DNA of 64,000 nucleotides from Mobula hypostoma (Eukaryota): NCBI RefSeq assembly GCF_963921235.1, contig NC_086097.1, positions 232,502,001 to 232,566,000 of the forward strand, read 5' to 3'. Shown piece by piece: positions 50,601 to 59,766 of this stretch (position 1 is its first letter; each line of letters starts with the position of its first letter). The notes under the pieces were generated by a model. It saw only the letters and a program-made list of their open reading frames with translations, ran no database searches and was not told where the DNA came from. The position numbers and the translations under genes were made by a program.

Positions 50601-51357
50601 GGTGGGGGAGGGGGAAGATGGGAGAATCTGAGAGGTGACAGATGGAAGAGGGAAAGGGGGGGTGAAGAGGAAGGAATCCGATAAGGGAGGACTGTGGAAC
50701 GAAAAGAAAGAGGTGGGGAACTGAGGGGAATGATGGACAGGTCATGAGCATAGGGATGGGGGAGGAGAGCTTGCAAATCTTGTGGTTGCCCTAGGGCATC
50801 AGCCACCATGGACTGAATTCACAGTGCAAAAGATCCCAGATGTACTTGAAAGTAGGTAGAGCTAGGAAGAGCAGGAATGCTAAGGTCAACATATTAGCCT
50901 ATTACCTCCCAATCCAAATGCACACTCATTCCTTTAGCTGGGGGCTGATGCTCCCATCATGCTCTATCTTTAGATATTCTGGTGGTTCTATGCAATGCTC
51001 AGGCTCCAATAAAATGGCGTTCTCTGTCCAGTGGTGGTGTTACCTCAGGCCTCAGCATTAAGGTGCAGGGATTGTAAGCTGGATATCTTCACCATTTGAC
51101 CAGCCCTCAAAACATGCTCCTCCAAGTGGGTGTCCTTTGCACCTTAAGTTCAAACTGCAGGAACACTAGGATTACATTTTTTTTTGATAACCTTATTTTT
51201 TAAATTTTTTCTGTAGGTAGAGGAAGAAAGGCCAGCATACAGAAGAAAAATGCTCGAATTTATTCGCGCTTGTGGTGAAGATTATGATATATTAACAGAC
51301 AACTGTCACGACTGTACAGAAAGAATGATGGAACTGGCGGGCAAATCCTATTTTTAG
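26675..51357 (+). CDS. Five-exon gene for a 174-aa predicted secreted permuted papain-like (NlpC/P60, LRAT/PPPDE-like) protein; join(26675-26690,39162-39266,43818-43962,49948-50065,51217-51357)
   Basis: Manual splice assembly gives 16+105+145+118+141=525 nt with all GT-AG introns and compatible phases. Protein: MSSFSGFSSFMLLVFLILLCSDGVVTRSIRKRRRGNRDLDDRHLPTFLESVPQCSTMYNQYVVKAEKVVRPLKYLPWIMMGPLKHSGVRVTVAGGQKCLIHKGVEILARIGKSKTVVEDAKHLANAWKVEEERPAYRRKMLEFIRACGEDYDILTDNCHDCTERMMELAGKSYF*. It has a hydrophobic N-terminus and the motifs HSGV, LIHKG and YDILTDNC. Confidence 0.85.
30220..30645 (-). mobile_element. RTE-related non-autonomous retroelement fragment
   Basis: Minus-strand sequence reading GSPRPNRSQ..DQTKSGPPVLQV, resembling RTE 5' regions. 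Confidence 0.45.
30805..31456 (-). mobile_element. Penelope-like 3'/pLTR fragment, interrupted by the CR1 at 31457
   Basis: GIY-YIG C-terminal remnant (HSHSDMSVYGLLYCQGEATLKFEEKHLI); hammerhead-like motif near 30893-30930; resumes near 32330. Confidence 0.75.
31457..32332 (+). mobile_element. CR1 3' fragment with a tandemly repeated ~200-bp segment
   Basis: ORF 31643-32242 (LVRPHLEYCVQFWSP...FFTQRVV); 31457-31663 repeats about 31716-31920 with mismatches. Confidence 0.9.
33186..33917 (+). mobile_element. Rex1/Babar-type LINE 3' fragment, (ATGACT)n tail
   Basis: 192-aa ORF KKGQSRLYFLRRLRS...FYESVVASAI...SFLPVAI. Confidence 0.9.
34727..34762 (-). ncRNA. Minimal type I hammerhead ribozyme motif in a short Penelope-derived insertion
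   Basis: Minus strand AGUC-CUGACGA-AGGGUCUCGGCCU-GAAAC-GUA-GACU; the insertion 34664-34771 is flanked by the direct repeat AAGTGACTA. Confidence 0.7.
37009..37524 (-). mobile_element. Rex1/Babar-type LINE 3' fragment, same family as 33186-33917, inverted
   Basis: Nearly identical translation (MLRMFYESVVASVIMFAVVCWG...SDTLSQ). Confidence 0.9.
39162..39266 (+). CDS. Exon 2: signal peptide core and polybasic RKRRR site
   Basis: Pyrimidine tract ...tttcctgccag| acceptor and |gtgagt donor; encodes FSSFMLLVFLILLCSDGVVTRSIRKRRRGNRDLD. Confidence 0.88.
39405..39985 (+). mobile_element. Two adjacent CR1 3' fragments
   Basis: Repeated FP.VG..RTRGH...FFSQ.VVNLWN segments. Confidence 0.8.
40775..41472 (+). 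mobile_element. CR1 3' fragment
   Basis: ORF 40866-41348 (MLKLYKTLV...RGDLIEV...GNFFTQ). Confidence 0.88.
42154..42497. repeat. 45-bp minisatellite, about 7 copies
   Basis: Unit (A/G)CT(A/G)TATCAAAGATGGTGCCCATTGTACATTGTCCATTTGATCTT; two units carry an 8-bp internal insertion. Confidence 0.95.
43818..43962 (+). CDS. Exon 3: ends in RPLKYLPWIMMGPLKHSGV-R (putative catalytic His)
   Basis: taaatag| acceptor (AT-rich, weak) and AG|gtaaag donor; open in the phase-1 frame required by exon 2; ends in phase 2. Confidence 0.83.
47115..48850 (+). mobile_element. Penelope-like retroelement remnant (RT + GIY-YIG + pLTR)
   Basis: Decayed L.LNN...HFLQ..GVAMGT.MGPSYACLF motif at about 47400-47510; purine/pyrimidine-skewed terminal repeat with a degenerate hammerhead near 48720. 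Confidence 0.8.
49260..49745 (+). mobile_element. CR1 3' fragment
   Basis: RVRGDLIETY...FFIQKVVNL and CR1 tail. Confidence 0.85.
49948..50065 (+). CDS. Exon 4: VTVAGGQKCLIHKG...ANAWK (second His)
   Basis: T-tract ttttttttag| acceptor and AAG|gtattt donor; phase 2 in, phase 0 out; lies within ORF 49868-50155 of the track. Confidence 0.85.
51217..51357 (+). CDS. Exon 5 (terminal): contains YDILTDNC (putative catalytic Cys) and the TAG stop
   Basis: ttttttctgtag| acceptor; the phase-0 frame gives 46 aa then TAG at 51355-51357. Confidence 0.87.
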   Translation, partial: VEEERPAYRRKMLEFIRACGEDYDILTDNCHDCTERMMELAGKSYF

Positions 51358-51596
51358 AGTGTGATCTTTTAACATCTGGTTTTGTAATTACTGAGTTGTT
51401 TCCTCTCATCAAACTACCCTGAGGATTTCTGGTTATATTTTAAAATCTATTTATTTTTACATAAAATAATGTACTTTATCAACCTTATTTTCTTGTCCTA
51501 CTTCCTGCTTATTGTTATGAAGATATTTTAAATTGAAAGCTTAACCATAAGAATAATATTATGAGCTTTAAACAGGCCAAACATACAGCATATCTT

Positions 51597-51863
51597 TGGG
51601 ACGCAATGGTAGCATAGAGGCTAGCGCGACACTACTAGAGCTCCGGGTGGCCGAGTTCAGAGTTCAATTCCGGCACCTTCTGTAAGAAGGTTGTACGTTC
51701 TTCCCGTGAGCGCGTGGGTTTCCTCCCACCGTCCAAAGACGTACTGGTTACTAGGTTAATTGGTCACTGTAAATTGTCCTGTGATTAGGCTCGAGTTAAG
51801 TAGGTGGGTTGCTGGGGCCCCGAAGGGCCTGTTCGATGCTGCGTCTCTAAATAAATGAATAAA
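51597..51863 (+). mobile_element. tRNA-derived SINE
   Basis: A box TGGTAGCATAGAGG, B box GTTCAATTCC, GTGGGTTTCCTCC core, AATAAA-rich tail. Confidence 0.75.
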
Positions 51864-52466
51864 GAAAATTAAAACTAACCCTGTGCTATAATTAAGTATT
51901 TCACAAAGTTGGTTTAATCTGTGATTCAGAGTGTGCAAAACAGAACTCATCAATCCTTCATTCAAAAGATATAGATTTAAGCAAAATAATGAGGACAAAG
52001 GAGGAACCTTGCCCAGCTCTTCCTCTGCTTCCGAACAAATCACTGGGTACTGGTCCATTTCCACAGGATTGAAGCAAGCCAATATAATTTTTATATTTCA
52101 AAAAGTGGGAACAAATCAATAGAACAGAAATTAAGAGGAATTTCTTTAGCCAGAAGGTGGTGAATCTGTGGAATTCATTGCTACCAATGGCTGTGGAGGC
52201 CAAGTCATTGGGAATATTAAAGCGGAGGTTGATAGGTTCTTGATTAGTAAGGGTGTCAAAGTTTAAGGGGTGACAGCAGAAGAATGGGGTTGAGAGGGAT
52301 AGTACATCAGCTATGTTGGAGTGGCACAGTGGATTTGATGGGCTAAATGGCCTAATTCTGCTCCTATGTCTTATGGTCTTAAACAACAGGAATTCTGCAG
52401 ATGCTGGAAATTCAAGCAACACACATCAAAGTTGCTGGTGAACGCAGCATCTGTAGGAAGAGGTGC

Positions 52467-52502
52467 AGTCGACGTTTCAGGCCGAGACCTTTCGTCAGGA
52501 CT
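52467..52502 (-). ncRNA. Minimal type I hammerhead ribozyme motif in a short Penelope-derived insertion
   Basis: Minus strand AGUC-CUGACGA-A-AGG(UCUCGG)CCU-GAAAC-GUC-GACU; intact core with a GUC cleavage triplet. Confidence 0.75.
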
Positions 52503-53243
52503 TATGGTCTTATCACAGTTAATAAGAATTTTAATTTGGAAGCATATATACACATAAACTACAAAAGGTAGTCATCATTAGCTCTGCAGGGGTACAATCA
52601 TTGTTCCCATGACAACGAACATTGAATATTTATTTCGATTGTCACATACTTCTAACAGGTTCAACATGGAGGATTTTTAACTCCGTACAACATGCTGGTA
52701 TTACGTTAATGAAATTGAGACCAACCTTGAGAGGTGTAGTGCCAGACCTGTCTGTGGTGTGGGAATTGTGAAGTGAAGGAATTAAAAGGCCAGTGGCTGG
52801 ATACCTGTTGGTTCTTATCTACTAAATGGTTTAAAAGCATAAACGAGATACCGTATGAGGTTCTTACATGTAAGGTGAGCAGATAGAGCAAGAAACATAG
52901 TTTACACGTTACAGAAGAAATTAGATCAGTTAGATAGCTGAATGCGGCAAATGGAATCTGATTCTGAAAAATGTGAAGTATTATACGTTTGCTGAAAAAT
53001 TTCTTTACCACAGAAAGAACAGAAATAGCGCAAGAGACTTAACAAGGAGCATCATCTGTAATTACTAAAATTATGAATAAAATAAAAGAAATAGATTATC
53101 AGGATGCAGAACCTGATGGCTCTGGGCCTCTGCTCACTAGAGTTCAGAAGAATGAGGGATGACCTCATTGAAACCTATTGAATTTTGAGAGGCCTCGCTA
53201 GAGTGGATGTGGAGAGGATGTTTCCTATGGTGGGGGAGTGTAA

Positions 53244-53996
53244 AGGCTAATTTATACTTGTGCATACTAGCTTACGCTGTAGTCTACACAAGTGGGCTAC
53301 GCCGTTGTGAACAGTTATACTTGTGCATTGGTGTGTCTGCGTCACTCTGGAATTTACCGCCAAAACGCTAGTTGGCGGTGGGGTTTCTATGCCACTGTGT
53401 TGAGTTTCTTCGCGTTGAAACTCAACATGAAGAAACTCAAACTTTAAACAATGGCGATCGAAACTGAAGGAGGGTGAATTTTCTGTGCTTGTCCGGCACT
53501 GAGAGACATGGACAAGGAAATGCATTTCAAATATTTTCGGATGTCGGCAGGTAGATTTGATGATTTGATTCATTGTCTCCAACCATTTATTTCACATCAG
53601 TGTACGCACAGTATACTCAGAGACTGGCAATCACCATTCGAATTTTAGCTTCAGGTGGAAATCAACAGGCTGTAGCAGCTAGCTACAAACTGGTGTCAAG
53701 CACAGGGTCCTCCATAATTTTGGAGGTTTGTAAAGCTTTATTGAAAGCATTGCAGCCAGATTTCCTTCCCTGCCCTTCAGTCGCCCAATGGCAAGCTATT
53801 GCAGCGTAGGAGGAAATGCGGTGCTACCAAGCGGACCAATCACAGTTGTTGCGGTCTGCGACGCAGCAATGCGTAGTTACATTTTGGGAGAGGTACGCGT
53901 TAGGCCACGGCATAGGATTGGCGTAGAGTACGGCGTAGGGTACGCTACTACGCCGTACCTATAGCGTACATTTGACGCACAAGTATAAATCAGCTT
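53244..53996 (+). mobile_element. PIF/Harbinger internal-deletion derivative, TAA TSD, inserted in a CR1 3' fragment (53113-54300)
   Basis: 20-bp TIR AGGCTAATTTATACTTGTGC / GCACAAGTATAAATCAGCTT (18/20); TAA at 53241-53243 and 53997-53999; transposase remnants [14 protein letters not shown] and [12 protein letters not shown]...IILEVCKAL. Confidence 0.9.
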
Positions 53997-55124
53997 TAAG
54001 ACCAGATGACGTATCCTCAGAATAGAGGGGTTTCCATTTAGAATGGAGATGAGGAAGAACTTATTCAGCCAAGGGTGGTGAATCTGTGGAATTCATTACC
54101 ACAGGCTGCTGTGAAGGCCAAGTCATTGAGTATATTTAAGGCAGAGGTTGATAGATTCTTGATTGGTCAAGGCATGAAGAGATACAGAGAGAAGGAAGGA
54201 GATTGGGGCTGAGAGGGAAATGGATCAGCCATGATGAAATGGCAGAGCAGACTCAATGGGCCAAATGGCCTAATTCTGCTCCTATATCTTATGGTCTTAA
54301 GGAGAATAAAGTGATTGCATGGCTTTAGAAAATACAGATACAAGTTGTAAAATTAATATGAGAGAAGAGAAGGTGATAGAGATACAAGTTGCACTATCTA
54401 CAGGAAAATTTAAAGGGGAGCTAATCTCAGCATGTCAATTATCAAATAATAAGTAAGCTGAAGCCAAATTATTACCTCAAAGTAAGTAAAAATTAAATTA
54501 CTAAAGAGTAAGGTATTCCTGTTCTGACACATCAGTCCATGGCCTCCCCTTGTGCCATGATGAGGCCACCCTCAGGGTGGAGGAGCCACACCTCACATTC
54601 TGTTTGTGTAGCCTCCAAACTGATGGTATGAGTATCTATTTCCCCTTGCAGTAAAAAAAAATTTCTCTCCCCCACCCCTCTTCCTCTATTTCTCTCTCTG
54701 GCCTCTTACCTCTTCTCAGCTGCCTCACACCTCCCCCTGGGCCCACCTCCTTCACTTCCTGCTATGGTCCACTTTCCTCTCCAACCAGATGCCTTCTTCC
54801 CCAGCCTTTGCCTTTCCTGCCCACCTGGCTTCACCCGTCACGCTCTAGATATCCGCTTTTCCCTGCCACACCATTTTATTCTGGCATCTTCCTGCTTCCT
54901 TTTCAGCCCTGAAGAAGGATCTTAGCTCAAAACACAACTGTTTGCTCATTTCCAAAGATGATGCTTTTCCATAGATGCTGCCTGTCCTGCTGAGTTCTTC
55001 CAGCATTTTGTGTGCTTATCCTTGGAAAGAAACAGATAGCTGGGGTTCCAGTAGAGACCCTTCATCCATCAACATACACAAAATTCTGGAGGAACTCAGC
55101 AGGCCAGGCAGCATCTATGGAAAA

Positions 55125-57370
55125 AGGGAGCTTAATATAAAGGAACCCTTAGGAGACAATGATCATAATATGATTGAATTCATATTGCAATTTGAGAGGG
55201 AGAAGCATAACTCATGTATCTGTATTGCAATGGAATAAAGGGAATTACAGAGGCTTCAGAGAGGAGTTTGCTCAGGTGGATTGGAGGAGGATACTGGCAG
55301 GGATGACAGCAGAGCAGAGATGGCTGAAGTTTCTGGAAATAGTTCACAAGGCGCAGGATAGATACGTCCCACGGAGGAAAATTTTCTCAAATGGCAGGGG
55401 TAGGCAACTGTGGCTGACAAAAGAAGTTAGGGACTGCATAAAAGCCAAGGAAATGGCATATAAGGCAGCAAAAGTGAGTGGGAAGTTGGATGATTGGGAA
55501 GCTTTTAAAATCCAACAAATGACAACTAAAAAACTATAAGAAGGGAAGAGATGAAATATGATGGCAGACTAGCCAATGATATAAAGCAGGATACCAGAAG
55601 TTTTTTTGGTTATATAAAGAGAAAAGGGAGATGAGAGGTGGTATTGGACCACTGGAAAATGATGCTGGTGAGGTAGTAATGGGGGACAAAGAAATAGCAG
55701 GTGAACTTAATGCATACTTTCCATCTGTTTTCACTGTGGAAGGCACCAGCGGTGTGCCAGAGGTCCATGAGTGTCAGGGAGCAGGAGTGAGTGCCATTGC
55801 TATTACAAAGGAAAAAGTGCCTGGCAAACTCAAAGGTCTAAGGTGGATAAATCACCTGGACTGGATGGACTACATCCCAGAGTCCTGAGAGTGGTTGCTG
55901 AAGAGATAACGGATGCATTGGTCATGATCTTTCAAGAATCACTTGATCCTGGCCTGCTCCTGGAGAACTGGGAGATTGCAAATGTCACTCCACTCTTTAA
56001 GAAGGTGGGGGGGGGGGTGCAAAAGAAAGGAAATTATAGGCCAGTTAGCCAAACCTCAGTGTTTGGGAAGGTGCTGGAATCTATTATTAAGGACAAGGTT
56101 TCATGGTACTTGGTGGCGAATGATAAAATAAGTTAAAGTCAGCATGGTTTCTGTAAAGGGAGATGTTGCCCAACAAATCTGTTAGAGGTCTTCAAGGGAG
56201 TATCAAGCAGGGTGGACAAAGGAGAGGCAGAGGATATCATTTACCTGGATTTTCAGAATGCATTTGATAAAGTGCCACACAAGAGGCTACTTAACAAGAT
56301 AAAATCCTATGGCGTTACAGCAAAGATACTGTTATGGATAGCAGAATGGCTGACAGGCAGGAGGCAGCGAGTGGGAATAAAAGGGGCCTTTCTGGCTGGC
56401 TGCCAGTGACTAGTGGTGTTCCTCAGGGGTCAGTATTGGGACTGCTGCTTTTCACATTGTTTGTTAGTGAGTTAGATAATGGAATTGCTGGCTTTATGGC
56501 ACAGTTTGCGGATGATACAAAGATAGATGGAGGGGTAGGTAGTGCTGAGGAAGCAATGCGATTGCAGTATATCTTAGACAAATTGAAGAATGAGCAAAAA
56601 AGTGAGATGGAATACAGTGTTGGGAAATGTATGATAATGCATTTTGGTAAAAGGAACAATAGTGTGGACTATTATCTAAATGGGAGAAGGTTCAAACAAC
56701 AGTTGTGCAGAGGGACAAGGCAAATGCAATATTGACGTTTATTTCAAGTTCAATAGAATATAAAGGCAAGGAGATAATGCTGAGCCTTTATAAGACACTA
56801 ATCCAGCTACACTTGGAGTATTGTCAACAGTTTTGTCCCCATATCTCAGAAAGGATGTGTTGTGATTGGAGAGAGTTCAGAGGAGGTTCATGAGGATGAT
56901 TCAGGGATTGAAGATGTTACATATGAGGAATGTTTGGCAGCTTTGGGCCCGTACTCACTGGAGTTTAGAAGAATGTGGGAGATCTCATTGAAACCTACCG
57001 AATGTTGAAAGGACTAGATAGGGTGGATGTGGAAAGAATGTTTCCTGTGGTGGGGGTACCCAAGAGCTAGAGGTCACAGCCTCAAAATTGAGGAGCAACC
57101 TTTTAGAACAGAGGTAAGGAGCAATATTTTTAGTCAGAGAGTAGTGAATCTGTGGAATGCTCTGCCACAGACTGCGGTAGAGGCCAAGTCTATGCATATA
57201 TTTAAGCCGGAAGTTGATCATTTCCTAATCAGTCAGGACATCAAAGGATATGGCGAGAAGGCAGGTGCATGGGGTTGAGTGGGATCTGGGATCAGCCTTG
57301 ATGGAATGCTGGAGCAGACTTGATGGGCTGAATGGCCTAATTCTGCTCCTATGTCTTATGGTGTTATGGT
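55125..57370 (+). mobile_element. CR1 LINE, 5'-truncated, degraded
   Basis: DHNMIEF, KSPGLDGLHPRVL, DFQNAFDKVPH, FADD. Confidence 0.92.
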
Positions 57371-57892
57371 CTCCTTCCACTCCCCCCACCTTTTTATTTT
57401 GATATCATCCCCCTTCCCTTCCAGTCTAGAAGAAGGGTCTCAGCCCCAAATGTTGACTGTTATTCATTTCCATAGAAGCTGCCTTATCTGTTGAGTTCCT
57501 CCAGTGTGTGTGTGTTGTGAAGATAAAGCAGGACTTAATGAAGATTTTGGAATATTTTACCAAAGGAGGTACTAGAATCAAAAACATGAGTATTCAAAAA
57601 TGGATTTGAATTCAAAGATTAGAGAACCCATTTAGCTGACATGGGCTAAATTGTCTTTTCTGATCTTCAGCTTTTCCTAATTGTCGTACAGCATGAGAGA
57701 TGATGGGGTTAGTCAATAAATTTACAGCGGCTAAGAATAAATATTAAACTGGGCTCATTGCTAAGAGGTATAGTTTTAAGAATAACCAATTATTCTTCCT
57801 GATAGATATTACAATCCAGTGAAAACATAATGAAGAGAAACCATGAAACTAATATTTTGGTTATTATCCAGTCAACTAAACTGCTTGTACAT

Positions 57893-59690
57893 TAGACCAT
57901 AGAATGTAGGAGCAGAATTAGGCCATTGGCCCATAGAGTCTGCTCCACCACTTCATCATGGCTGATCTAGTTCCCTCTCAGCCTCAATCTCCTGCCTTCT
58001 CCCCATATCCCTTCATGTCCTGACCAATCAAGAATCTATTAAGCTCTGCCTGAAACATACATAAAGACTTGACCTCCATAGCTGCCTATGGCAAAGATTC
58101 ACCACTGTCTGGATAAAGAAATTCCTCCTCATCTCCATTTTAAAAGGACGCCCCTCTATTCTGAAACTGTATTCTTTGGTCTTAGACTCTCCCACCATAG
58201 GAAACAACCTCTCCACATCCACTCTATCAGGACCTTTCACTATTCAATAGGTTTCACTGAGGTCACCTCCCGTTCTTCTGAATTCCAGTGAATATGGGCC
58301 CAAAGTCATCAAATGCTCTTCATATTCAATCCTGGAATCTTTTTGTGAACCTTCTTTGCACCCTCTCCAGTTTCGGCACATCCTTTCTAAGATAAGGGGC
58401 CCAAACTTGCTCACAATACCCCAAGTAAGGACTCACCAGTGCTTTATAAAGTCTCAACATTACACCCTTGCTTTTCTGGTCTAGTCCTCTTGAAATGAAA
58501 GCCAACAGTACATTTGCCCTCCTCACCACAGACTCGACCTGCAAATTAACCTTTAGGAAATGCTGCACAAGGACTTTCAAGTCCCTTTGCACCTCAGTTT
58601 TTTGTATTTTCTCTTCATTTAGAAAATAGTCAACCCTTTCATTTCTTCTACTAAAATGCATAACCGTATACTTCCCGACAGAGTACTCCATCTTTGCCCA
58701 TTCTCCTAATCTAACTCCTTCTGTAGCATCTCTACTTCCTAAAAACTACCTGCCCCTCCACCTATCTTCATATTGTCTGCAAACTTTTCAACAAAGCCAT
58801 CAATTCCATCATCCAAATGATTGACATGTAACATAAAAAGAATCAGTTCCACACAGACCCCTGTGGAAAACCACTAGTCACCATCAGTCAGTCAGAAAAA
58901 GCTCCCTTTATTCCAACTCTTTTCCTCCTGCCAATCAGCCACTGTTTTGTCCATGCTAGAATCTTTCCTGTAATACCATGAGCCTGTAGCTTGTTAAGCA
59001 GCCTCATGTGTGGCACCTTGTCAAAGGCCTTCTGAAAATCCAAGTGCAAAACTTCAAGTGATTCTCCTTTGTCTATCTCACTTGTTATTTCTTCAAAGAA
59101 TTCCAACAGATTTATCAGGCAAGATTTTCTCTTGAGGAAACCATGTTGACTACGACCTCCTTTATCAAGTACAGTACCCTGAAACCTCATCCTTAATAAT
59201 CGACTCCAACATCTTCCCAGCCACTGAGGTCGGACTAACTGACCTATAGTTTCCTTTCTTCTGTCTCTCTCCCTTCTTGAGTGGAGTGACATTTGCAATT
59301 TTCCAGTCTTCCGGAACCATTCCAGAATCTAGTGATTCTTGAAAGATCATTACTAATGCCTCCACGATCTCTTCAGCCACCTCTTTCAGCACTCTGGAGT
59401 ATACAACATCTGGTCCAGGTGACTTACCTTCCTTCATTCCTTTCAGTTTCCCAAGCACCTTCTGTTTTTTTATGGTAGCTTGACACACTTCATGGCCCTC
59501 TGACACCTGGAGCTTCCTCCACACTGACACTGTCTTCTGCAGTGAAGACTGATGCAAAATACTCATTTAGTTCATCTGCCATTTCATTGTCCCCCATTTC
59601 TACCTCTCCAGCATTGTTTTCCGGATATCTGATGTCCACTCTGGCCTCTCTTTTACACTTTATGTATCTGAAAAAACTGTTGGTATCCTA
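57893..59690 (-). mobile_element. CR1 LINE, 5'-truncated, degraded
   Basis: KSPGPD...WKIANVTP, DFQKAFDKVPH. Confidence 0.92.
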
Positions 59691-59766
59691 ATGAAGAAAC
59701 ATAAGTACTTACGTATCAGTCAGAAAGATATATAAAAATCTTTTTTTGCCAGATGTATTAGCAAAT

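Noticed and set aside
39162..51278. Direct exon 2 to exon 5 splice giving a 60-aa cationic peptide ending ...KKNARIYSRLW*
   Set aside because: This was my first reading. Exons 3 and 4 bridge the phases exactly and put exon 5 in the frame with the NC catalytic motif, which is far more coherent. It could exist only as a minor skipped isoform.
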